DNA of 64,000 bases from Blasia pusilla (taxonomy: Eukaryota), in NCBI GenBank assembly GCA_050084515.1, contig CM114271.1, positions 23,436,001-23,500,000 of the forward strand, in the 5' to 3' direction. Shown here one piece after another: positions 44,732 to 58,399 of the stretch. Under the pieces are notes generated by a model. It saw nothing but the letters and a program-made list of their open reading frames with translations, was not told the origin of the DNA and made no database searches. The position numbers and the translations under genes are program-made. The first letter of the stretch is position 1; every line of letters begins with the position of its first letter.

Positions 44732-45699
44732 ATATGCCTGATTACGCATCAAAAGGAGAGTAGTAGCAAAGAATTGCTCTGGATGGCGAATGTAGCAAGC
44801 GGAGATGGAAGCGACCCTCATTGGCTTAGCAAACCGAGCTCGTCGCCTCAGCACACGATCCACCATGAACAGAGTCCCGACTCGAAACAGTGATCAGCGA
44901 GCGTGCACGAGGAATTCACTCAGCTCCAGCCTTCGACTTACAACTTGTAGTGCAGAGGAGCTATAAGGCGGAGAAGATTCACACGTCAACAAGGGATGAA
45001 GAAGGCGGTGGGCGATCAGGTAATCACAATCACTAATACAAATCTCATCAGCCAGCGAGACATATCTGAGGCAGCGCAAATCGGTAAGACACTGATCCAG
45101 CACACTTCAACTGTTGAAGATGGAGCAAAATGGCAGCGAAACTTCAAATGCGCCTGAAAATATGCATGGAGGAAACGACCTTTGCTCACTCGAGAATCCA
45201 CAATCTTTCGACCAGAAATGATAGTAAACGAGGTAAGGACGCGTCACAGACATCCGTGAAGGATCGTTATTTTAACTGGAGGAGAAACACCCTCTCCTCT
45301 TTGACCGCCCCACTCCCACTGATCTTCAAACTTCCCACTCCCGACCTCCGAACGCTCCACTCCCGCCTGTGAACTCCGAACATTCTGAACGTCCCACACT
45401 CCAGTGCATTCTCACACTTCCCATTCCTGACCTCCAAACTCTCCACTCCCATCTATGAGCTCCGAACATTCTGAACGTCCCATACTCCAATGCACTCTCT
45501 GTTCACTCTCTCCCGCCACACACACACACTTTGGGACGAAATGGGAGTCTAAACATTCCATGCCACATCATCATTCTCTTCCATGCCACATCAACATTCC
45601 TTTTCGTGACATGGAAATTTTTTTAACGACCTTTGCCCTAGGACCATCCTCACTTTTATTTCCAACACAATATGGAAGATTATTCGACTCATTTTGCTC

Positions 45700-48600
45700 G
45701 CGGGTATATTAAAAAATTGTAACTTGGGATGTACTTAAAAATCATAACTATGGGGGGCTAACTCATAGATCTGAACCATTGAAGTTGTGAGGATTTAAGG
45801 CCTTCACTTGTACCAGGTTTCACCACCATCCAACAGTAGTACCAGTCGTTCACTCCATGATAACATGAAAATGTCACAATGACTCGAAATAATCTCACTC
45901 TTGACCCCTCTTTTTGTACCCTCCACACTCCACATGTGGCCCAAAAATCATGAAATGTTTTTGAGGATGGCACCCCTAACCCAAAAATAGAGGGAAAAAG
46001 GAAAAACTTCAAATGACCACTCACACACATAACTAAAAATCATAAACCCTAAAACGGGTCTTCCATTTTTGGTTGGAGCATGGAGAGCTAACTTGTAGAT
46101 CTGAACTGTTGACCATGTGGAAAGATGTAATGCCTCCTTGTGTCCTAGGTTTCATCACCATCCAATGGTGAAAGCCAGAGATAACTCCATCATAACATGA
46201 AAATGCCACAAGGACTTCAAAGAATCCTATTCAACGCCCTCTTACTCCTTGGCTTGTCATTTTGTACCCTGCACCCTCCACATGGGCCCCAAAAATCATG
46301 AAACTTTTTTTAAGATGGAACCCTTAACCTAGGAACTGAGGAGAAAAGAAAAACCATCAAATGACCACTCATACACCGAACTAAAAATCGTAAACCATAA
46401 AAACGGTCTTCCATTTTAGGTTTGAGCATGGAGAGCTAACTTGTAGATCTGAACCATTGAATTTGTAGAAGACATTAATGGACAGGCTCTGAAAAAATAT
46501 TCATCCACATCCAATGGTGGAAAACAAAGTTACAACCATGTTACGATGAAAATGAGACAACGCCTAAGAAAAAGACTACTCAAAGTCCTAGTCCTCCTTC
46601 TTGATGCATCATTTTCTCCTCTCCTCCTTAAATCTTGAAACTTTTCCGAGGGAGGAAACCCGTATTGAGGAACACAAGACAAAAGAAAAAATTACAAATG
46701 ACCACTCACACATGGTATTAAAAACCGTAAACCCTAAATAAGGTTTCTGATTTTTGGTATTAGCATGGGAACTTCAATAGAAGATCTGAACCGTCGAAGT
46801 TCTCAACAAATCTAATATCAAAGCTAGGAAAAATATTCATCCTCATCCAATGATGGAAAGAAAAGAAACCACTATGTTACCATGAAAATAATGCAAAGCC
46901 TCCGAACGAGACTATTCAAAGTCCTCGTCCTCCTTCTTGATCCATCATTTTCTCCCCTCCTCCTTAACCATGAGTCCTAAAATCTTGAAATTGTTCCCAG
47001 GGAAGCAACCCAACTCCAGGAACACATATCAAAAGAAAAAATTACAAATGACCATTCACAAATGGAATTAAAAATTGTAAACCCTAAAATTGATCTTTCA
47101 TTTTTGGTTTGAGCACGGAGAGCTAACTAGCAAATCTGAACCGTTCAACATGTGGACGGATTTGAGGCCTTGGTGTGTGTTAGGTTTCATCACCATCCAA
47201 TGGTGGGAGAAAAAGTAAACTTCATGATACAATGAAAATGCCATGACGACTCGAACATAACAACGCCATTTTATCTCCATATTCCTTATATTTCAGCTCC
47301 ATCCAACATTGGGAAGTCAAGATGCTAGAGTGCAAACATCAAAATTGAAGTAACACTTAGATCATTATTCGTGTTTTGCCTTTCTTCATCTTTCATCTCC
47401 ATTTGCTTGGCCCTCCTCTTCATCATCGTGTCTATAAATCATCAAACTTTGTCACAATATGTACTTATGTGTTACTATACCAATGGAAAAATAAAATCTC
47501 CAAATGGACACCCAAACATGGAATAAAAAATCATAAACCCTAAATATGATTTCCCATTTTTAAATTGATCAAGGAGTAGGATATGGAAAATCCACACGGT
47601 TGAAAAGTAAAAGGGCCTCCTCATGTCCATATTCCTTATTTTTAATCTCCATCCAACGGTGGGAAGTCAAGAGGCTAGAATGAAAACATCAAAATTTAAC
47701 TAGCTCTTGGAACATTATTGATGTTTTGCCTTTATTCCTCTTTCATAGGCATTTTGTTGGCACCCCTCTTCATCACCAAGTCCGTAAATCCTAAAACTTT
47801 GTCACAAGATGTACTTATGTGTTACTATACCAATGAAAAAATAAAATATCCAATTGGACCCCCGGCCTGGGAATTAAAAATCATAAACCTTAAACAAGGT
47901 TTTCTATTTTTAAATTGAGCATGAAGTAGGATATGGAAAATCCACACTGCCCAAAAGTAAAAGGGCCTTCTCATCTCCATAGTCCTTATGTTTCAACTCC
48001 ATCCAACAATGGGAAGTCAAGTTACTAGAGTGCAAACATCAACATTCAACTAACTCTTGGAAGATTACTTGTGTTTTGCCTTTCTTCGTCTTACATCTCC
48101 ATTTGCTTGGCCCTCCTCTTCATCACCATGCCTATAAATCATGAAAATTTTTCAAAAGATGTACTTATGTGCTACTATACCAATGGAAAAAGAAAATTTT
48201 GAAATGGACATCCAAAGAGGGAATAAAAAATCATAAACCCTCAATATGATTTCCCAATTTTAAATTGAGCATGGAGATGATATGGAAAATCCACATCGTA
48301 AAAAAGTAAAAGGGCCTTCTCATCTCCATAGTCCTTATATCTCAGCTACATCCAACGGTGGAAAGTCAATATGCTAGAGTGCAAACATCAAAATTGAACT
48401 AACACTTGGATCATTATTCGTGTTTTGCCTTTCTTTGTCTTCGTGTTTTTGCCTTTTTCTTTGTCTTACATCTCCATTTGCTTGGCCCTCCTCTTCATCA
48501 CCATGTCTATAAATCATGAAAATTTGTCACAAGATGTAATTATGTGTTACTATACCAATGGAAAAATAAAATCTTGAAATTAACGCCCGAGCAGGGAATA

Positions 48601-49500
48601 AAAAATAAAGAAACCCTTAATGTGGTTTCCTAATTATAAATTCAGCATGGAGTAGGATATGGAAAATTCACACTCTCCAAAAGTAAAAGGGTCTTCTCAT
48701 CTCCATAGTCCTTAAGTTTTGAGCTCCATCCAACAGTGGGAAGTCAAGATGCTAGATTGCAAACATCAAAATTCAACTAACTCTTGGAAGATTACTTGTG
48801 TTTTGCCTTTATTCCTCTTGCATATCCATTTTGTTGGCCCTCCTCTTCATCACCAAGTCTCACCAAGTATGCCCTAAATCAAGATACATTTCCTTGAGGG
48901 GCATCCCAACACCTAAAACAAAGGGGAAAAGAAAAAACTCCAAATCACCACTCATACATGGATTTAAAAATCATAAATCCCAAAGGAGGTGTTTCATTTT
49001 TGGCACGATAATGGGGAGCTAAATAGCATATCAGAACCGTTCGAGTAGTGCAAATAATTAAGAGAAAAGTCAGTGCCACGTTTTATCACCATATGATGGT
49101 TTGATGAAAAGATAGCTACATCTTAATATGACAAACTATTCCCAACATTCGTACTCAAAGGCCTCCTCCTCCTTCTTGACATCCCATTCTCTCCCCCCTC
49201 CCCTCACCAAGGGTTCTAAAAATCAAGAAACTTTTTACACAGGGGCACCCCAACACCAAGAACTAAGGGGGAAAGAAAAAACTCCAAATGACCACTCACA
49301 TATGGATTTAAAAATCATAAACCCCAAAGGAGGTGTTTCATTTTTGGTAGGAGCATGGGGTGTTAAATAGAAGATCCAAACCATTCAATTAGTGCAAAAA
49401 ATTAATTAAAATGCTAGTGCCAAGTTTTATCTCCATCTAATGGTTAGATGAAAAGATATTGTCATGTAAACATGAAAATGACACAACGGCTTCGAATAAT
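45700..49500. repeat. Tandem array of ~11 diverged ~345-bp units inside the CACTA
   Basis: AAAATCATAAACCC-like anchor recurs near 45739, 46036, 46385, 46721, 47071, 47527, 47877, 48227, 48601, 48967 and 49311. Confidence 0.9.
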
Positions 49501-49754
49501 CCCTACCAACATTAGAGCATTAAATCATTTAAACATACCAGTCGTTGTTTATGACTCATCTTTACTGGGCGAGTAAAACAAGTTTGACTCGTCTCTACTA
49601 AAGGGTATTGATAACTACGTTAGTTATAAGCAGATGACTTGATGAGTCGTACAACCCTAAATTTGATGACTAAACCATTTAAGTCACAATTTGAGTGATT
49701 CTTTTGATGAGTCACTTAAAGTCTAGTTATAAAAACCACCCATTTCTTCTAGTG

Positions 49755-50164
49755 AATTCTCTCTTTGTTGAACCTCTTGGCATGAGGTGGTGGAGCTATG
49801 GTCTTGCTTGCCTTGTGAGTGTAACACAAGCCTCTCATTAGGAGAGTGGGTTTGGTTTGACATTGAGAGAGATATGTGAGAGTGCACACATGTGAGAGCT
49901 ATGGTGTTGTAAAAAAGATTTCACCTTATTTTACAAAGAGAGAATGAGAGGGTGAGAGAGCTTCATGAGGGAGCTCGCTGGTTGCTCGATGTTTGGTGCA
50001 GGTTTGGGGACCGTGTTCCTCGCTTCATGGCTCATGGGAGTGCTCAAGGGAGCAAGAGCCGCGGTATTTTGACGTTTGTGTGCCGATTTTTCGTGTGAGA
50101 AAGTGGCGCGCGGAAGCGTTGCCCAATTTCTGATAGGGATTGAGTATGGGGGCAGGTTGCCCCA
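49755..50164 (+). repeat. Right part of the 5' LTR of copy 3
   Basis: 49758-49932 closely matches 58731-58888. The end GCGGAAGCG...GCAGGTTGCCCCA parallels the copy-2 LTR end GCGGAAGCG...GCAGGTTGTGACA. Confidence 0.7.
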
Positions 50165-53100
50165 CGCCGGTGCTCTTGGGAGCACCATTTAGCTTGTTGA
50201 TTTTTGTTTTCACAGGTTTTACATTTTTGTTGGGGGAGAAATCAGAGCGGAAGCACTGCCAAATTTTGTGTAGGAGAAAGAGACGTTGGGCTTTACGACA
50301 GTCCCTACCAATTTTTACTGGAATATCCAATTCAAAATGTTTTTTGATGCCATTGTAGATCGTAAAGCTGTGCACGCTATGCAATAGATGGTGCACAATT
50401 TGAGTTGCAACCAAAAAGTTATGGTCAATTTTGCAAAACTACCATTGCTAGGCGATTTTTAGGGTAAAATTGTTCAAACCCTAAACCAACCGTTGTCATA
50501 GTCACCGTCAATGGTCCGCCGTCAATGGTCAACCATCACCATCAACGGTACACTATCCACCGTCGGCCATCGCTGCCACCTACCGCTGCTTAGAGCCGCG
50601 TAAGGCCTTTGTCCACCCTTGGTTGCCATTGTTGTCATTACGGAGTGGAGGGTCTTCAACGACGACCGTTGATTCTCTGACTTGCCCCGCCACCACGTAC
50701 TTTTTTTTGGCCGCCACCATCATCGCAGTTCCGTCATCAACCAGTGATGGCAAGTGACCTCGGGTTATGGTGTTTGAGTTTTCATTTCATTCTGCTATGT
50801 TGTAATTGGTAGCCGCTCGACGACGATCGAGTACCGTGTTGTAACGCCCGTAGTCGCAACGCACCGTTGATTTCCGTGCCGTGCTGCTCATGGCCGCATC
50901 GCACCATCTCCATCGCGAAGCCGCTCCTACACTAAGGAGGACAATGTGAGTGTTGCTGACCGAGTTGGGATCGAGATTTGCAATTGTCGAGGAGCGACAT
51001 CGACATTATTGTCAGATTACCCATTTTGGTCTCTTACCATGTACGTGTGAGGGAATTCTGGTTATTGGGAAGTTATTTGGGATATTGGGGTTTGTACTGA
51101 TGCTGAGAGCATCGATGACGTATGGGTAGAGGGGACATAGATATATGTGGGATGTCGAGAGTTGAGGATGGTTTATCGATGAGACTATAGATCAGTTGAT
51201 TTGCCATACCACGCCGATTGTTGCTGCACAACACACGTCTCGGTGAGAGAGTGTAGCTTGAGTGTTGCATGTTAGATTGAGTGATTGTATGATTACTCGC
51301 GAGGTTGAGAGTGATCATGCGAGGGGGGCACGAGGGTCATCACGGCGTCCTTTCCGGACTTTGAGAGGCGAGGTGGTGGACCGAAGAGTAGCTCTAGAGG
51401 GTTTAAGTGGAGTGGCGTGAGGTTTCGAGGGTCTCCACCTGCAGGACCACCTCGACCTCCTTCTATGTCATCTTCAAACAAGGAGGAGGGCGTAGAGGAG
51501 TTGAGTAGTACTTTGCCACTCACATTGAGTAGTCTACTGCTTGGGCGTACAAGATGGACGACCGGGGTAGAGGATTGCGTAGGTTCTCAGGTGTAGTAGG
51601 CACGATAGAGTTGCACGACTTGATCGTAGAGTTTAGGAGTTGGTACGACTCACAACGGGCTACGAACTCAAGAACTTGTTTATAGCATGGAACGGTATAT
51701 TCCAGCATTTAGAGGGGGCATCCATGGATGATTTCCATGAGTTCTCCCATAGATATGCCCAAGAGATTGAGGCATGGTGACTCTACTATGACCCACACTA
51801 TATGTCATGGACAGAACCGTTCCCAGATGAGGAGGAGGAGTCAAGAGAGGCTACTTCCTCTTTCACCAGTGATGTTTTAGGAGGGATAAGTTGCATTGGA
51901 GCAGTTGCACCGTCCAGTTGGGTTAGTCCCTGGTTCAACCCCGTGGTTGAGTTCTTTGCTGAGTTGAGGGCGAGCTACCAGGGGTTACGGACGGAGAAGT
52001 TGCGGAGCATCCACGACTTTCAGAGGCGCCCGGGTGAGAGTTTGCGTGAGGCTTACACTCGCTTGCGCCGTTTGATCAACATTACTTAGGGGGGTGGCAG
52101 ATGCTCAGGCTATCCAGTCATGGTACACGATGTTGGATCAGATCTTGCGGATATGGGTGCGGGAGGGGTTACTTCTTATGAACACCTCACCTACGTTGAG
52201 AGATGTTTTTAGGATCGCCAAGAATATTGAGCGCAACATGGCGGAGGAGAGCGTAGCCACCATGGGTTCTGGGCGAGAGTAGTTACGATTGCCTGCACCA
52301 CCGGTGTAGCAACGTGGACTCTGAGATAGGTCGATTGTGGCACCACGAGCTTAGGGAGGATATCGAGAGGCCATGCCACAGAGACTTGCGCCTTCACATG
52401 TGGCTCAGCAGCAGCCACCTACGATTACTTGTTGGTCATATGGTGGAGCCCATCATCAGCGTGATGGCATTCGTCAGGGTCATGGACGTGTGCCTCAACC
52501 TGGAGGAGGAGATGGTGCTGCACCAGGAGGTTATCAGTGTGACAATTGTCACAATTATGGTCACACGCGCGCCAGGTGTTTCAGTTTACACCCTCAGTTA
52601 CGTCTGGACTGAGGGCCAAAGAGGGCACCAGAGCAAGTTGTCGGTCCGGATGGGCATAGAGGATGTGCATCCAAGTGGTTACGTTGGGGGACGAGGAGCT
52701 AGAGTTTCCCGAAAGGGTGGTGGAGTTGCTCGTGGAGGAGGTAGAGTCCCACCACCTAGACGCGTCGAGGGAGACACCAAGCGTGAGGCTGGGATGGTTT
52801 CTTAGATACATCAGCTATATGAGCAGATTTTGGCTATGGCACTGAGATTACCCGATGCCGGATCCGCGGCATCGACATCATATGGAGCAGCCAGAGATAT
52901 GAAGGATCATGGTTGGATGTGCGGGGTTGTCCAAATGGAGGCTGCCGCAGTTGTGACGTGTGAGCAGCCGTAGAGTTGGATCCATAGTGAGGGGAAGCTA
53001 GGAAACAGACCAAGCTTCCTCAGTCTTTCACGTAGTCTGAGGCAATGAGGACCCCATCAATGGAAATTGATCAAAGTTCCCGGAGAGTTGGTGATGTTAT

Positions 53101-54274
53101 TGGTTTGCAAGCATAGAGGGCAATGGGAGAAACGAGTATGATAACTCCTATTGTTGATGCTCAGCAGGAGCATGTGTCGAGTATGATGTTGGGGGCGGGG
53201 CCATGATGGTGTACCGTGCTCCGCTATTTTCTGCTTTCGATGTTATGATATTGGGAGGTACGCCCGCCGAGGTGTTTCGGCTGGCCGCTACACTATGTGA
53301 GCATGGAGTTGGAGTTCCTACATCACGTTCAGAGGTGATTGCAGAGGAGGTGGTGGATCTGCCCTTGGAGCGGATGCTCAAGCCGTCCACGTCAGATTCA
53401 TGGCAGGTTGCGGCTGCTAGGATGGCGGAGATGCCCGCTAGATCCGCGATAGAGCATGCCATGGCTTCTTTTGGTATCGAGTTGTTGGATAAAAGGGGAG
53501 AGGTCTTGCAGTTGGTGAGTCCTAGAGGTAGAGCTTTTAGTCCGCAGCGCGTCTTGTTGGATTCAGGAGCGCAACCCCTGATGTTGGGGAAAGCGTTATT
53601 TAGAGGATTGGGCTTGATGAGAGCCGTTATGGAGCGTTGTCCATTCCGGATACAGATATCCTTGGATGGAACTAGTACCACATAGTATATCACCCGACAG
53701 AAGGTCGTGGTGAGGATTTTCCTGAGACATCCTACAGATGAGTCCGTTGTGCGAGCCAAGGCGATAGTGACTGATGCAGAGTCCTACAACGTCTTGGTTG
53801 GTGGAGCAATGTTATACTAGATGGGGTTTTCCCTAGATTACTGGGAGGAGTCAACGTCCTACAGACCAGGATGGCAGTCAAGTGATGGGCGCATTAATTC
53901 ATTACCCTTTTGATTCACAGGTGCAGTGATCGAGCGGCGGCCAAGAGAGATGGCGACCTTAGCAGAATTTAGCAGTGCCATCACTTGGCCTAGTGATACA
54001 ATTGAGGGATATGTCCATGCAGAGGATACTCCCGTTCTTGACATTTATATGGAGAGGAGTGTCATGGTAGCCGCATCAGTCCGTGGAGGAGAGGTGCCGC
54101 TTTGGGGCTCGACTAAGGAGCTTCGACGCTTAGCCACTGAGCATGTGGAGGCCGCGTGGTGCGAGACCTTTGCACCAGAGTGTGACATGTTAGAGGAACC
54201 CTAGGAAAGGCAAGAGTGATGTTATGACCCCTTTGGACTCCATCCCGATTGTGTGGTGCATCCTAGAGTAGTGT

Positions 54275-55215
54275 ATTCAGGTGTTGGATGGATGTCTTTG
54301 GAGGGATCAGACCTGGGTTAGCTGTTGTTTTGCATGTTGGAGTGCGCGTGCAGCAGTACCTGTATGTGGAGATTGTTGATGTTACGAGGCGATCTTCACT
54401 TCACCATATGGTGTAATTACCGCTCTGTTTTCCCGACTTGTTGTCTGCGTCCGCCATTCTAGGTTACTAGAGTTCCCTATCGAGGGACATTTCATTGTTG
54501 GGGGTGCAAGACTTGGAGCGAGTAGGGACCATAGACTTGGTCATTGCTGGTTGGCCATGTCAAGGCCAGTCGAGTGCTGGACGGGATAGCGGATTAGTTG
54601 ACTCTCGGTCCGGGTTATTTTGGGAGATGATGCAGATTTTGTGACACTTGCAGGAGCATCACTCTCGTCCTCCAACATACATTCTGAAGAATGTGCCAAT
54701 TTTGGGCAATTCGAGGTCCCGTGTGGTGACAAGTGCACATCAGGTGCGCGCATGGATTGGCCTGGGAGTTTTGTTGGATGCGGCGAGTGTGGGTTCACGA
54801 GCACATTGACCGCATCTTTGGTGGACCAACTTGGTACCACATGAGGTGTTGCAGAGGGCTTATGCAAGAGAGGAGCGTCCCTCCGATTGGTGGGTGGATT
54901 CTATATTGGATCCAGGACGTCAATCACAAGCAGTGAGGCACGATGATCGACTGTCGTTGACTATGGTCAATAGGATTGGCATGCCATGAGCAGCCTTTCC
55001 CACATTGGTAAGTTTTTCCGCTTCCTATGCATTCAAGAAGGCCGGACCTGGCTTGGTTTGGGATGACCAAGTATAGAGGCTGGTGGAGCCCAACGCCGAT
55101 GAGCAAGAGCGAGCGATGGGATTCCCCATAGGAGTAACGTCAGTACCGTCACTATTAGAGGCATCACGACGTCATGTCTTAGGTTAGGCGATGGACATGA
55201 TCGCTTGACATGGAT
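54275..55215 (+). pseudogene. Full-length C5 cytosine DNA methyltransferase catalytic domain within pol (pseudogenised)
   Basis: IQVLD/DVFGGI (I), YLYVEI (II), RDI (III), IDLVIAGWPCQGQSSAG (IV; PC at 54555-54560), DSRSGLF (V), YILKNV (VI), AH*PHLWWTN (VIII), EQERAMGFPIGVT (IX), RRHVLG*AMD (X). One frame from 54291 to 55199 with 7 stops. Confidence 0.92.
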
Positions 55216-57946
55216 TTTCAACTTAGGAGTAGTTGAGCATCGTTGTTTGAGGATGTGACAGATCACAACTATTGTGTTGGTGAGCCCCATGCCTACCGAG
55301 ATGGTTGAGGCAGTGGCTGGGGGCAAGATCCGAGGAGATCGACACATCAGGGGTGATTGGGAGAGACACACTTGGACTTCTTGGGGTGTTTTGCAGGTAC
55401 GCCAAGAGATGGTAGCCACAGCATCGAGCGTCGTTCCGGGTACTACAAGTGGAGATGAGAGTTTTGTTGTCTGAGACGGGGTTGCACCATAGCAACCATC
55501 TACACCCGTGTGAGAGATTCCTATCGTAGTCACGATGGAGACTTGGGAGCGAGATATGGGCCCTAAGTTAACAAGAGGAGAGCGGTGCCGGATACACCAA
55601 TTCCTTAGGAGTTAAAGGTGTTGTTTTGCATTTAGTATGCATGATTTGGGTACGCTAAAGGGTCCAGGGATCCGCATTGAGTTGTCGAGTGACCAAAAAC
55701 CCTACAGGTATAGTCACATGGAGAGGGCTCTCATTGAGAGTAAAAGCCATGACTTGGTTGGAGCAAGACTAGTGGAGATGTTGCATGGAGAGTATGCATT
55801 TGCCATTGTCATGCCGGCCAAGAAGGACGTGCATGGCAACTGGACGGATAGTCGGATGTGTGGAGATTACCGACCTATCAATTGGCAGAGGAAGTCCGAT
55901 AGGTATGCCATGCCCACCCCTGAGGGAATCTTTGATGCGATTGGGCATGCACATGTCTTCAGTTCATTAGATTTGCGAGCCGGATACCATTAGTTGCTTA
56001 TCAAATTGGAGGACAAACAGAAGACGGCATTTTGGGGCATCAATCCTCACGCCCATATTGAGGAGATTGATCAAGGGGCGTACTTTCCAATCGCATACCG
56101 ATTGGAGCATGTTGGGGCTTGGAACTGTGCTCACCCAGCATGACGATGATGGTAGAGAGTTTATGGTGGCTTATGCTAGTGGCTCGAACAATGTTGCAGA
56201 GGCAAAGTATAGCTTGTATGAGGGTGAGTGCTTGGCTGCAACGTGGGCTGTCGCACATTTCAGATGTTATCTATTCGGCAATCTCTTTACCATCATTATT
56301 GATCATCAGTCACTTAAGTGGGTGATGGAGTCTGACAAGCTTATAGGGAAGCTTGCGAGGTGGGCTCTTTTGTTGTAGGAGTATGACTTCCAGGTGGTGC
56401 ATAAACTTGGGACACTCAACCAGGATGCAAATGGTTTGAGCCGTAATCCATGCCCGAGTCAGCGAGATGCGACTAGAGCTCGTTGGCATGGTGAGAGTGA
56501 TGAGGATTTGGTGCCATGATGGCATGCGTCAGCCTATTTGGGCTTGTTGGCTATGGAGAGCCAGATTGTTGAGACTTTGATGGCAAGGTCTGATGGAGAG
56601 TCCTTAGATCTAGAGGCATGTGAGGAGACGATAGGTGGCCGAGACATTCACAACGATGGAGTGGTCTTGAAGTACCTATGTACTAGCAGTGTCGCCAGCA
56701 CAGTGGATGCTAGAGAGCGGGATCGTATCTTACAACGAGACAGACGGTTCCGGTGGGTGGGGACACATGTGTTGCAAGTATGGGAGGATGGTAGAGTGTG
56801 TGTAGTGCCTCATCCTTCGCAGAGATTACATTTGGTGTGTCATGCCCATGAGTAGTTGGGTCACTTTGGAGTGAAGCGAACATACAACTTGCTCCAGATT
56901 CAATTTTGGTGGCGAGGCATGCAGACTAACATTTAGCAGTTTGTTGTCAGATGCATGGCGTGTGATCAAGTCTGAGCATCGTTCAATGCTCCGACTCCAC
57001 AGTTGCATCCACTTCCGATCATGGTTTTAGGTTATAGATGGAGTTTGGATTGTGCAAGATCTTTGCCTTTGACAGAGCGCCATTATGTGTTGTTATGTGT
57101 TGGTGATGTTCAAGCACTTCTTCAAGTGGATAGAGTTAGTTGCATTTCCTGACAAAGCGAGTCAAGGAGTAGCGTATGCCTTCCTAGATCAAGTGCTGAG
57201 TCATTACATTGCATCAGTTGAGGTGTTGACAGACGAGGGTACAGAGTTTCAAGGGGAGTTTCAAGCCTTGTGTGATCAGGCACTGATCGACCACCGCACC
57301 ACTTCGCGAGATCATCCTAAGGCGGCTGGACTAGCGGAGAGGATTATGCACATGGTGAAGAGAGCATTACGCAAGTAGGGCTTGCAAAGAGGTCACCTAG
57401 GAGATTGGGACTTCAGTTTCCGTGGTTGGCGATGGAATACAGATTCACAGGCAGACATCCTTAGCGTCTTTCTCACCGTACTTGCTGCTTTATGGCCGTG
57501 AGCCAGATTTACCTATGGCCATTCGTCAAGATGTTGGTGAGGTGTTGAACCTTGATGACCCTGATGTATGGATGCGATCATGTTCTCAGAGGGCTCAATT
57601 GTTTCAGAGAGTGATGCCCATGGCGTTTGAGAACTTGGCGATTCCGTAGCATCGTGATACATTGAGGTATGCGACTATACAGGGAGGTGGTTATCAACCT
57701 ACTTTCTGGAGGTTTCATCAGGGAGACTATGTCTACTTATAACAGACGGCATCTACAACGTTGGATGTGACTACAGGGCCCACCATCTTGAGAGTGCGTG
57801 AGATTTTATCATCAGGTGTTCTCTTATTGGAGGGACGCGATGGTATGGTTTGGAAGGACCATGTGCGTAACTGTGCGTTATGTCACCTTCCGAACATTGA
57901 CCGTATAGTTGATCCGAGTTTAGCAGTAGTTCGTGCAGGCTTGCGA

Positions 57947-58087
57947 TGTATGTTGTGTGGTTCTGCCCGCGGTGCAGCCATTATGCCAGTCTGTGATGGA
58001 TGTTCGAGAGGATGGTATATGGCATGTTTGACGCCACCTCTCACTAGGGTTCCTCAAGGACGATGGATGTGTCTCAATTGTACATAG
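57947..58087 (+). pseudogene. PHD finger at the integrase C-terminus
   Basis: CMLCGS...VCDGCSRGWYMACLTPPLTRVPQGRWMCLNC, a C4HC3 pattern with His to Tyr (CAT to TAT). Confidence 0.9.
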
Positions 58088-58399
58088 CATAGGTAGTTCT
58101 ACATTCCGACTTGTGTCTGTGATATGGATGACAAGAAGGCGACTAACAATGGGGCCACATGAGCACCCGACCTTCTTGCTCTTAGCGTCCGAGAGATGTA
58201 TGTCATGGTAGGTAGGGATAGATGGCTATCTGGAGTTAGAGGGACCTAACCACCAGCTAGGGGGGCAATTGGAGATATTTTGGTACTTCTTGTCTCATTG
58301 TTTGGATGCCATGAGTAAGCATGGGATGGTGCGTGTTTGTATGTGTGTGTTCGGTGACAGCGATGTAAGTTGCGTAGCGATATATATGCGTACGACAGT

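Larger units (their letters stand above)
51465..58087 (+). pseudogene. Degenerate gag-pol of copy 3
   Basis: gag with CDNCHNYGHTRARC, protease VLLDSGAQP, DNMT, partial RT, RNase H, integrase (HHCC; WSLD, VLTDEGTEF, GLAER) and a C-terminal PHD. Confidence 0.93.

Noticed and set aside
45700-49500. CRISPR-like array
   Set aside because: Eukaryotic context, long diverged tandem units, no unique spacers and no cas genes.
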